Below, in pieces: positions 8,915 through 18,858 of a DNA stretch of 24,231 nucleotides. The DNA lies in assembly GCF_006345805.1 (NCBI RefSeq), contig NW_021836070.1:1-24231 (forward strand), in the 5' to 3' direction. The notes beneath the pieces are model-generated. The model was not told the DNA's origin. It ran no database searches and saw nothing but the letters and a program-made list of their open reading frames with translations. This DNA comes from Octopus sinensis (lineage: Eukaryota). Positions within the stretch are counted from its first letter, which is position 1. Each line of letters starts with the position of its first letter. The translations under genes and the position numbers were made by a program.

Positions 8915-9624
8915 TGGCCGCAATCACGGGCAATGTGCCCTGTCTGCCTGCATCGATAGCAAACGGGCCCCGGCTGCGTACAGTCCCGCGCCATATGCGG
9001 TCCCTGGCATCTAAAACACCGTCCTGAGAACGGCCGCTCTCGTTGCACGGTGGGCTTCTGTACCTCTTTCTCGGGACGTCGTCCGTCTTTACGCGCCTCC
9101 GTCACCGCCATCGCTATCGCCTTCCGCCCAGAGTGTCTCGTCAACGCGCGAGCATGAGTTACAAGTTCGCTCAATGGCATCTTATTGACCCCGGGCAGTT
9201 GTTGTAGGTGAATCCCTACATCGTCGGGGAACCCATTCACGAACGCCAGTCGGGCTGCTCTCTCCAGTTCTTCTCCGGCAAACCCGGCCAGAGTCGCTAG
9301 CCTTCTAGCTTCCGATGCAAAATCATCCACCTGGCCTCCCGTCCACCTGATTGCACCTAGCTTAGCGAAAGCTGTGTACTCGCATTCCGTGTATGCGTCA
9401 CACAAGCGCCGCTCTATATTCTCATCGCCGAGCCGTTCTTCGACATCCATCTCTAGGTAAAGCGACAACGCACTCCCTTCCAAATACAGCGCCATAAGAT
9501 TCGCCACGTCGCTTATGCCCTGCAGTCTCGCCACCAGCCTGATTTTCTGAATCCAGTCCACTACATCGCCTTCACCGTTAAAAGGTCTGACGACGTCACT
9601 GGCGATCCTAATTTTTGCAGACAT
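8861..9624 (-). CDS. gag: B gag with two CCHC zinc knuckles (true stop inferred at 8861-8863 after restoring one base)
   Basis: CFRCQGPHMARDC and CYRCRQTGHIARDC. Comparison with family A (GGGAAACGGACCGCGGGA) shows B lacks one G just after the slippery site. Confidence 0.88.
8874..8914 (-). promoter_or_regulatory. -1 ribosomal frameshift signal of B: G GGA AAC plus downstream stem-loop
   Basis: Heptamer 8914-8908 in gag frame; hairpin GGGAAGTT/AACTTTCCC at 8901-8874. Confidence 0.75.
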
Positions 9625-9657
9625 CGTGTTGAAAAAAAATGTGAATGTTTACGAACT

Positions 9658-9669
9658 GCCGAAATAGCT
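9658..9669 (-). promoter_or_regulatory. Primer-binding site of B, AGCTATTTCGGC, complementary to tRNA-Phe(GAA) nt 1-12
   Basis: Abuts the 5' LTR CA; the plus strand reads GCCGAAATAGCT, the conserved metazoan tRNA-Phe 5' end. Identical in family A (18859-18870). Confidence 0.8.
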
Positions 9670-9993
9670 TGTAGTGAGTGTGTGCGATTTGAATATAGAG
9701 GCACCTACCTTCTCTTCGTGGTGACGGAGATCCTCCCGAGATGGCTGGTCCTTCCTCACAGCCCCTACCCGAACACTAACGATAGCAGCTGCTAGCCCCA
9801 AACCCTTTAGCGACTTCCTCGCACGTCTTGTCACGTCTTGTCACCTCGCACGTCTTGTCACCTCGCACAACCCACGTTGGAAAGGTCAACTTCCGCCCCC
9901 TGCGCGCGCTTGACGGCTGACCCCTTCCGCTTGCCCCAGCTTCCGGTCAACGCACCCCGCTGGCTGACGTCCTGCTGCTGACGTCATCCCACA
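9670..9993 (-). repeat. 5' LTR of element B (324 bp)
   Basis: Matches 5739-6034 plus 28 bp extra in the CACGTCTTGT repeat block. Confidence 0.95.
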
Positions 9994-10404
9994 GGAGAGT
10001 CGCTAGAACGGACGATTAGGTTAGCGTTCGTGACCGGCTTTCCCGACATCATGTCGGTCAAGCTACAGAAGCTCCCGAACGTGCGTTCGATGCCGATGGC
10101 CGATATCATGTCGCGGGCACGTGTACTGGTTTCGTGCAGCAGGTTGACGTCGGTAGCAGCGACTGTAACGTCGAAAAGTGGCCCAGCTAGGAGCAGCGGA
10201 GAGGGGCTGAGGAAAGAACGTGTGCGACTGTTCATAGGACAGTGTTTCCGGTGCCAAGGTCCACACATGGTCCGTGACTGCGCGTCGCCCAAGCCTGAGG
10301 TGATTTGCTACCGGTGTCGAGAGCCAGGGCATGTAGCCAGCGAGTGTCTGCAGGGAAACGGACCGCGGGAGACTACTGCGCCGGTAGTCGTCCCTTTGGA
10401 TTAG
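9994..10404 (+). pseudogene. gag: A1 gag C-terminal half with two CCHC knuckles
   Basis: CFRCQGPHMVRDC and CYRCREPGHVASEC; stop at 10402-10404. Confidence 0.9.
10353..10394 (+). promoter_or_regulatory. -1 frameshift signal of A1: G GGA AAC, 7-nt spacer, stem-loop GGGAGACTAC/GTAGTC(G)TCCC
   Basis: The -1 frame from the heptamer (GKRTAGDYCAG...) reads into the protease (LPVVDI..ALVDTGCTTT). Confidence 0.8.
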
Positions 10405-10515
10405 TAGCAGCGCGTTTATCATCGCTACCTGTGGTCGACATTCTGGTGAAGGGGAAGATGTCGCGAGCCCTGGTGGACACGGGCTGTACAACGACCCTGA
10501 TGACTACGGAAGTGG

Positions 10516-11458
10516 CATCCACCAGAATGTCGTCGATGTATGAATTGGTGGCCCTTTTACTCTGTCCACCTTCCCCAGGATGGCCTTGAGAATTGTTGCC
10601 ATAATCTTCGGCGCCGAATTCAGCTCGAATTCCAACCTGGTCAGACAGTACGTCAGGCCCCTATACCTGACGAGCTGGTACTTCCATAATTTCTCAGCCA
10701 CATGCACCTGTAGGTATGCCGAGTTCAAATCGATAATCGTGGAGGCCCCCGTCGTCTGCCTCCACTCTCGCAAGGTGCCTCCGCAGACATCCGTGGCCTC
10801 GCCGCTTGTATGACACGAAACGTGGTCATTCAGCTCTCGGAATTCGAGCACTGGCATGACCTTACGCTTTGTGGGCTGTATCACCGCCATCAGTGGCAGG
10901 ACTCCGCTCTCTTCTTTTTCCCAAGGGATCAGTATGCCCTCCTTAATCCACCGCTCCACTTCCCCCTCGAACTCACTTCTGGCATCTCCTTTTAGAGTAT
11001 GCTGATAGCAGCCCATTTTATTCTATAACATCGGGGGCTCTCCCTTCCAGTGCCACTCCACTGTCCACCTCTTGCCATCAAAGACAGCCCGAAAATCCTG
11101 GTCTTCAATGGTGTGCGCCGCATCCTTTTCCTCACGGTTGTCGTCGGTACACGGTCTCGCCCTACACGGCTTCCCCGCTAACCCAAACGTTACGCCAGCC
11201 CCGTTGACGGTGACACCTCCCAAGCGGGTGATTGCATCCATCCCCATCACCACGTCAATCTCGTCCACCAAGTGACCAACTACAATTGCACGCAACGTCA
11301 GCTGTAGTCCCTGCACCACAATCTGCGCATCCGTACCCCTTCGCAGTACACTTCTCTTCCGTCGACTGCCCTAACACTGCTTCCTCCACCACTCCACGTG
11401 CACTTCGCAGTGCACTTCTCTTCCGTCGACTGACCTAACACTGCTTCCTCCACTCCAC
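10516..11458 (-). pseudogene. pol: Inverted copy of the A1 PR-RT segment (left arm of palindrome 1), including a 61-bp tandem duplication
   Basis: Minus-strand ORFs 11023-11319 and 10504-11016 encode PR/RT; reverse complement of ~11459-12338. Confidence 0.9.
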
Positions 11459-13479
11459 GTGGAGTGGGGAAGCAGTGTTAGGGCAGTCGACGGAAGAGAA
11501 GAACACTGCGAAGGGGTTACGGATGCGCAGATTGTGGTGGCAGGGACTACAGCTGATGTTGCGAGCGATTGTGGTTGGTCACTTGGTGGACGAGATCGCG
11601 TGGTGATGGGGATGGATGCAATCACCGTTTGGGAGGTGTCACCGTCAACGAGACTGGCGTAACGTTTGGGTTAGCGGGGAAGCCGTGTAGGGCGAGACCA
11701 CGCACCGACGACAACCGTGAGGAAAAGGATGCGGCGCAAACCATTGAAGACCAGGATTTTCGGGCTGTCTTTGATGGCGAGAGGTGGACAGTGGAGTGGC
11801 ACTGGAAGGGAGAGCCCCCCTATGTTAAAGAATAAAGTGGGCTGCTATCAGCATACTCTAAAAGGGGATGCCAGAATTGAGTTCGAGGGGGAGGTGGAGC
11901 GGTGGATTAAGGAGGGCATACTGATCCCCTGGGAAAAAGAAGAGAGCGGAGTCCTGCCACTGAAGGCGGTGATACAGCCCGCAAAGCATAAGGTCAGGCC
12001 AGCGCTCGACTTCCGAGAGCTGAATGACCACGTTTCGTGTCATACAGGCGGCGAGGCCACGGATGTCTGCGGAGACACATTGCGAGAGTGGAGGCAGACG
12101 GCGGGGGCCTCCACGATTGTCGATTTAAAGTCGGCATACCTTCAGGTGCATGTGACTGAGATACTATATACGTACCAGCTCGTCAGGTATAGGGACCGGA
12201 GGTACTGTCTGACCAGGTTGGGATTCGGGCTGAATTCAGCGCCGAAGATTATGGCAACAATTCTCAAGGCCATCCTGGGGAAGGTGGACAGAGTAAAAAG
12301 GGCCACCAATTCATACATCGACGACATTCTGGTGGATGAAACTGTGATACCAGCAACGGAGGTCATAGGCCATCTGAAGAGTTTTGGACTGATCGCCAAG
12401 CCGCCAGAGGCTATGGAGGGAGGTGCAGCACTGGGCCTCAAGCTATGGAGATACAAGGCCGGCGCCTTGGTGTTCCGGCGAGGGAATGAGGTCCCTGAAC
12501 TGGGCGCCAGCATGAGTAGACGGCAACTGTTCTCTGTGTGTGGGAAGCTGGTGGGACACTACCCGATTGCAGGCTGGCTCCGGACAGCATGTAGCTTCAT
12601 CAAGAGACGAGCCGAAGGAGTGAAGTGGAATGACGAAGTGGGGGAGAGGACAATCGAAATGATGCAGGAAGTCTTGGTCAGAGTAGGAGCAGAAGACCCA
12701 GTGAGGGGCAACTGGTATGTTCCCCAATCAAAGAGCGGTATCGTATGGTGTGACGCCAGTTGCATCGCAATAGGGTTGTCTTGGAAGTAGGAGGTGTCAC
12801 GTGGAAGATGCGGCCTGGCTCAGGAAGATGGATGACTGCAATCATATCAAGGTGGCGGAGTTGGATGCCGTGCTGAAGGGGGTGAACCTAGCCTTGAAGT
12901 GGGGGTTGCAACACCAAAGAAATCAGGACTGATTCGGCCACTGTAATTGTTGGGCGACAGCAGTCATCACCGATGAGCGGAGGGTGCGGACCAAAGGGGC
13001 TGCAGAGATGCTGGTAAAGCGTCGATTAGGATAACTGCTGCTTGAACTAACCACTGAGTTCAATCTGAAGCTGAGCGTGATCTTTGTGCCTTCCAAGAAG
13101 AACAGGGCAGACGTCCTGACCAGGGTAAAGCGAGCCTGGTTGCAGGTGCCAGAGGATACGAAGCAGGATGTAGCTGCAGTATGCCGTCTGAGCGACTCGG
13201 AGTTACGGAGACTGCACACCATGCACCACATGGGTGTGGACAGGACATTGTTCCTGGCCAGAAAATTGTGTCCGACGTAACAAGACAGAGTGTGCAGAGA
13301 GTGGTTAGCAGTTGTGACAGGTGCCAGTCCATCGACCCTGCTCCGGTCGTGCATGAAGCGGGAAGTATTCCAGTGGACCAGGACTGGAGACGACTGGCGG
13401 TGGACATAACACACTACCGGCAGGGGACACACCTCTCAATGGTTGACTGCGGACCGATGCGGTTCGCCATATGGAGGGA
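11459..13479 (+). pseudogene. pol: A1 pol, forward PR-RT-RH-partial IN, with frameshifts
   Basis: ORF 11717-12790 (NSYIDDILV, WCDAS); IN HHCC and LAVD near 13220-13410; breaks off at RFAIWR. Confidence 0.9.
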
Positions 13480-13480
13480 C

Positions 13481-14464
13481 ATGGTGGACACGGGCTGTAC
13501 AACGACCGTGATGACTACGGAAGTGGCATCCACCAGAATGTCGTCGATGTATGAATTGGTGGCCCTTTTTACTCTGTCCACCTTCCCCAGGATGGCCTTG
13601 AGAATTGTTGCCTTAATCTTCGGCGCTGAATTCAGCCCGAATCCCAACCTGGTCTGACAGTACGTCGGGCCCCTATATCTGACGAGCTGGTACTTCCATA
13701 ATTTCTCAGCCACATGCACCTGTTGGTATGCCGACTTCAAATCGACAATCGTGGAGGCCCCCGTCGTCTGCATCCACTCTCGCAAAGTGTCTCCGCAGAC
13801 ATCCGTGGCCTCGCAGCCTCTATGATACTACACGTGGTCATTCAGCTCTCGGAAGTCAAGCACTGGCCTGACCTTATGCTTTATGGGCTGTATCACCACC
13901 ATCAGTGGCAGGACTCCGCTCTCTTCTTTTTCCCAGGGGATCAGTATGCCCTCCTTAATCCACCGCTCCACTTCCCCCTCGAACTCACTTCTGGCATCTC
14001 TTTTAGAGTATGCTGATAGCAGCCCACTTTATTCTTTATCATCGGGGGCTCTCCCTTCCAGTGCCACTCCACTGTCCACCTCTTGCCATCAAAGACGGCC
14101 CGAAAATCCTGGTCTTCAATGGTGTGCGCCGCATCCTTTTCCTCACGGTTGTCGTCGGTGCACGATCTCGCCTACACGGTTTCCCCGCTCACCCAAACAT
14201 TACGCCAGCCTCGTCGACGGTGACACCTCCCAAGCGGGTGATTGCATCCATCCCCATCACCACGTCAATCTCGTCCACCAAGTGACCAACCACAATTGCT
14301 CGCAACGTCAGCTGTAGTCCCTGCACCACAATCTGCGAATCCGTAACCCCTTCGCAGTGCACTTCTCCTCCGTCGACTGCCCTAACGCTGCTTCCTCCAC
14401 TCCACGTGCACTTCGCAGTGCACTTTCTTCCGTCGACTGACCTAACACTGCTTCCTCCACTCCA
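13481..14464 (-). pseudogene. pol: Repeat of the PR start and inverted PR-RT arm (palindrome 2, left arm)
   Basis: Same junction GTGGCATCCAC|CAGAATG as at 10516 (here 13527-13533); same 61-bp duplication. Confidence 0.88.
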
Positions 14465-17225
14465 GTGGAGGGAGGAGAAGCAGTGTTAGGGCAGTCGACG
14501 GAAGAGAAGTGCACTGCGAAGGGGTTACGGATGCGCAGATTGTGGTGCAGGGACTACAGCTGACGTTGCGAGCAATTGTGGTTGGTCACTTGGTGGACGA
14601 GAATGACGTGGTGATGGGGATGGATGCAATCACCCGGTTGGGAGGTGTCACCGTCAACGAGACTGGCGTAACGTTTGTGTTAGCCGGGAAACCGTGTAGG
14701 GCGAGACCACGCACCGACGACAAACGTGAGGAAAATGATGCGGCGCACACCATTGAAGACCAGGATTTTCGGGCTGTCTTTGATGTCAAGAGGTGGACAG
14801 TGGAGTGGCACTGGAAGGGAGAGCCCCCGATGTTAAAGAATAAAGTGGGCTGCTATCAGCATACTCTAAAAGGAGATGCCAGAAGTGAGTTCGAGGGGGA
14901 GGTGGAGCGGTGGATTAAGGAGGGCATACTGATCCCTTGGGAAAAAGAAGAGAGCGGAGTCCTGCCACTGACGGCGGTGATACAGCCCACAAAGCATAAG
15001 GTCAGGCCAGTGCTTGACTTCCGAGAGCTGAATGACCACGTGTCGTGTCATACAGGCGGTGAGGCCACGGATGTCTGCGGAGACACCTTGCGAGAGTGGA
15101 GGCAGACGACGGGGGGCTCCACGATTGTCGATTTGAAGTCGACATACCAACAGGTGCATGTGGATGAGAAATTATGGAAGCTACCGCTCTCAGTATAGGG
15201 GACGGACGTACTGTCTGACCAGGTTGGGATTCGGGCTGAATTCAGCGCCGAAGATTATGGCAACATTCTCAAGGCCATCCTGGGGAAGGTGAACAAGTAA
15301 AAAGGGCCACCAATTCATACATCGACGACATTCTGGGGATGAACCGTGATACCAGCAACGGAGGTCATAGGCCACCTGAAGAGTTTTGGACTGATCGCCA
15401 AGCCGCCAGAGTCTATGGAGGGAGGTGCTGCACTGAGCCTCAAGCAATGGAGAGACAAGGCCGGCGCCTTGGTGTTCCGGCGAGGGAATGAGGTCCCTGA
15501 ACTGGGCGCCAGCATGAGTAGACGGGAACTGTTCTCTGTGTGTGGGAAGCTGATGGGACACTACCCGATTGCAGGCTGACTCCGGACAGCATGTAGCTTC
15601 ATCAAGAGACGAGCCGAAGGAGTGAAGTGGAATGATAAAGTGGGGGAGAGGACAATCGACATGATGCAGGAAGTCTTTGTCAGAGTAGGAGCAGAGGACC
15701 CAGTGAGGGGCAACTGGTATGTTCCCAAATCAAAGAGCGGTATCGTATGGTGTGACGCCAGTTGCATCGCAATAGGGTTGTCTTGGAAGTGGGAGGTGTC
15801 ACGGTGGAAGATGCGGCCTGGCTAAGGAAGATGGATGACTGCAATCATATCAACGTGGCGGAGTTGGATGCCGTGCTGAAGGGGGTGATCCTCGCCTTGA
15901 ATTGGGAGTTGTACACCATAGAAATCAGGACTGATTCGGCCACTGTATTTTGTTGGGCGACAGCAGTCATCACCGATGAGCGGAGGGTGCGGACCAAAGG
16001 GGCTGCAGAGATGCTGGTAAAGGGTCGATTAGGAATACTGCGTGAACTAACCACTGAGTTCAATCTGAAGCTGAGCGTGATCTTTGGTGCCTTCCGAGAA
16101 GAACAGGGCAGACTTCCTGACCAGGGTAAAGCGAGCCTGGTTAAGTGGCCAGAGGATGCGGAGCAGGATGTAGCTGCAGTATGCCGTCTGAGCGACTCGG
16201 AGTTACGGAGACTGCACACCATGCATCACATGGGTGTGGACAGGACATTGTTCCTGGCCAGAAAAGTTGACTCCGACGTAACAAGAGAGAGTGTGCAGAG
16301 AGTGGTTAGCAGTTGTGACAGGTGCCAGTCCATCGACCCTGCTCCGGTCGTGCATGAAGCGGGAAGTATTCCAGTGGACCAGGACTGGAGACGATTGGCG
16401 GTGGACATAACACACTACCGGCAGGGGACATACCTCTAAATGGTTGACTGCGGACGGGTCGGATGAAGGAGAATAAGTCGGGGACCGCAGAAGAAATTGT
16501 GAATGTGTTGAATGAGATATTCCTGGAACGGGTCCCGTGGATGAACTGCTTCTGGACAACGGCACTGCATTTCGCTCGGATGTGCTGAGAGAAATGCTTG
16601 ATGAGTGGAAGGTCAACCGCTTCTTCAGGGCGGCATACCGGCCAAGTGGAAACGGGGTGGTGGAAAGGCATCATCGTACCATCAAGGCCATCGCAGAGAG
16701 GGGTCACATTTCACCAGTCGAGGCCGTGTTTTGGTACAATATGTCGCCCAGATCAGGACAGGCTGAGGAGTCGGTGCCACACAGGGCAATATTCAGGTAC
16801 GAGTGGAGGCATCCCTGTACTACATCAATGCGACCCGGGGCAGAGGAAGAGCACGCCTTCGTGCAGGTCGGGGAGGAAGTCTGGGTAAAACACCCAAACG
16901 CACGGTGTAGATCGCAATGGGGAAAGGGGACAATAACCTCCGTAAATTCAAAGAATAACATCTCGGTCGATGGTATGCCACGCCACGTTTTGGACATACG
17001 GAGGATTGTCCATGCCCCAGAGGATGGGGCCAGCAGCAGTGGGCAAGACGAAAACTCAGACAGGATGACGAGGTCGGCAGCAACACTCCAAGAACAAGCC
17101 CTAGGGTCGCACTGCGATCACAGAGGGAGCGGCACCCTCCTCCCTGGTTGGCTGATTATGAAACCAGTTTCAGGTGCGAGAGTGAGTGAGGAAGCCGGTT
17201 CAGTGATCTGTAGATCAGGGAGGCG
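14465..17225 (+). pseudogene. pol: A1 pol, forward PR-RT-RH-IN to the PPT, with multiple frameshifts and stops
   Basis: ORFs 14509-15198, 15762-16439 and 16537-17241 carry PR/RT, RH/HHCC and IN core motifs (LLLDNGTAF, GVVERHHRTIK). Confidence 0.9.
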
Positions 17226-17487
17226 TGTGGTGTGGTGGTGAAGGAGTGTGACGGATGGGGCAGAGCGGAAGTGAGGCTTGCAGGGCTTGCAGGGCGCATG
17301 CGCCGGAGGAAGCGGAAGTGACAGGCAGGACGCACGTGCGGCATTGAGGAGTTGCGGCAGACAGGACGAAGGGACCAGACGAGAGAGAGTTGCTAAAAGC
17401 GATCCAAGTTCATCTCCGACGAGGTAAGACCCAATTACATTTCCATTCTCCCTTTTCTGTTGTACTCTTTTCAACGTTCACACTACA
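17226..17487 (+). repeat. 3' LTR of A1 (262 bp)
   Basis: TG...CTACA; preceded by the PPT and followed by CACAC. Confidence 0.93.
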
Positions 17488-17573
17488 CACACACATCCCC
17501 CGGTCTGAGATTCGAACCCGCGAATTCTCGACCGCGAGTCCGCTGTTCTAACCACTAGGTTATGTGCCTCCAC
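17488..17573 (-). mobile_element. tRNA-like head of the SINE split by A1
   Basis: Minus strand: A-box-like TAACCTAGTGGTTAG and B-box GGTTCGAATCT. Confidence 0.75.
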
Positions 17574-17635
17574 TATTCCGCTTATACTTACCACTATTGT
17601 TGCAATCATAAGAACACATAAAACATTGGTTGCAA

Positions 17636-18110
17636 ATGTGTGTGTGCGTGTGTGTGTGTGAGTGTGTATGTGTGTGTGTGTGTGTTTCTTGTGAGTGTGT
17701 ATGCGTGCGTGTGTGTTTGTGTTTGATGTGTGTGCGTGAGTGTGTATGTTTGTTGTGAGTGTGTGTATGTGTGCGTGAGAGTGTGTATGTTTGTTGTGAG
17801 TGTTTGTGTTTGTGTTTGATGTGTGCGCGTGAGTGTGTATGTCTGTTGTGAGTGTGTGTATGTGTGCGTGAGTACGTGTATGTTTGTTGTGAGTGTGTAA
17901 GTGTGCGTGTGTGTTGTTGATGTGTGTGCGTGAGTGTGTATGTTTGTTGTTAGGTGTGTATGTTTGTTGTGAGTGTATATGTGTGCGTGTGTGTTTGTCT
18001 TTGTGCTTGATGTGGTGTGTGTGTGTGTGTGCGTGAGTGTATGTGTGTTTGTTGTGAGTGTGTAGTGTGATGTGTGCGTGTGTATGTGTGCTTGTGTGTG
18101 TGTAGATGTG
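17636..18110. repeat. GT-rich compound microsatellite/minisatellite (units like GTGTGCGTGAGTGTGTATGTTTGTTGTGAGT)
   Basis: Directly visible; duplicated at 22971-23435. Confidence 0.9.
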
Positions 18111-18309
18111 TGTATCTATTGGTCTCCTTCAGTCATTCTCTATCTCTCTTCTGTCTTCATCATCCCGCCAGACACGCATTTTGAGTCAATCTACGAACGT
18201 GTGTTTGATTGCTGTGTGTGTCAGGTGTGTGTGTGTGTATGCATGCGCGCTCGCAGGCGCGTTTTTTTTTGCGTCTGCTTCTGTGCATGTGCGTAGACTA
18301 CCAGATGAT

Positions 18310-18537
18310 GTGCGTGGCAGAAACGTTATCACGCCGCCGCGCGAAATGCATATCCGTATTTCGTCTGCCGTTACGTTCTGAGTTTAAATTCCACCGAGGT
18401 CGACTTTGCCTTTCATCCTTTCGGGGTCGATAAATTAAGTACCAGTTACGCACTGGGGTCGATATAATCGACTTAATCCGTGTGTCTGTCCTTGTTTGTC
18501 CCCTCTGTGTTTAGCCCCTTATGGCTAGTAAAGAAAT
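18310..18537 (+). mobile_element. SINE-like repeat
   Basis: GGCAGAAACGTTA..GCGAAATGC..TTCTGAGTTTAAATTCCACCGAGGTCGACTTTGCCTTTCATCCTTTCGGGGTCGATAAATTAAGTACC..AGTAAAGAAAT. Recalled as a high-copy octopus SINE; truncated duplicate at 23633-23775. Confidence 0.65.
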
Positions 18538-18579
18538 GCATATATGTATTATGTAAGCACGTATGTATATGCTTGTATA

Positions 18580-18858
18580 TGTGGTGTGATGGTGAAGGAG
18601 TGTGACGGAATGGGGGGGGGAGCAGAAGTCTGGCTTGCATGTCCTGCAGGGCGCATGCGCGGGCGGAAGCGGAAGTGACAGACAACGCACGTGCGGCATT
18701 GACCAGTTGCGCCAGACACGATGAAGACACCGAGAAGACACGACGCGAGCGAGTTGGCTAAAGGCGATCCGAGTTCATCTCCGGCCAGGTAAGACCCAAT
18801 TACATTTCCATTCACATTTCATTCCTTTCCTTGTTCTGTTGTACTCTTTCATACTACA
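18580..18858 (+). repeat. 5' LTR of A2 (279 bp; diverged family A subtype)
   Basis: TGTGGTGTGATGG...CTACA; homologous to but clearly different from 17226-17487 and 22552-22821. Confidence 0.9.

Larger units (their letters stand above)
5739..9993 (-). mobile_element. Ty3/Gypsy LTR retrotransposon family B, full length (4255 bp), young
   Basis: Two LTRs with TG...CA termini, TSD GGAG (5735-5738 and 9994-9997), PBS, PPT, gag, and pol in the order PR-RT-RH-IN. Confidence 0.95.
5600..17487 (+). mobile_element. Ty3/Gypsy LTR retrotransposon family A, copy A1, internally rearranged and carrying nested element B
   Basis: TG start at 5600 and CA end at 17487; CACAC at 5595-5599 and 17488-17492; gag, PR, RT, RNase H and IN fragments in Gypsy order. 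Confidence 0.85.

Noticed and set aside
6160-9027. Long antisense or alternate-frame ORFs over gag-pol (e.g. 7093-7683, 8512-9027, and similar ones across 12-22 kb)
   Set aside because: Shadow ORFs of GC-rich coding sequence with no recognisable motifs.
9670-9993. Tf1/sushi-type self-priming as the explanation for the odd PBS
   Set aside because: No GCCGAAATAGCT-like sequence is visible in either LTR for the transcript 5' end to pair with the PBS.
10516-11016. G-to-A changes in the inverted RT arm suggesting deaminase hypermutation
   Set aside because: Only a few such sites seen, mixed with transversions; not supportable without a full alignment.
11340-11520. Repeated 61-bp units suggesting a CRISPR-like or designed array
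   Set aside because: Units are protease-coding sequence duplicated or inverted, with no unique spacers, in a eukaryotic context.
17488-17573. Possible tRNA gene (also 22822-22907)
   Set aside because: Has A/B boxes, but I could not build a convincing cloverleaf and it continues into a SINE body; treated as a SINE head.
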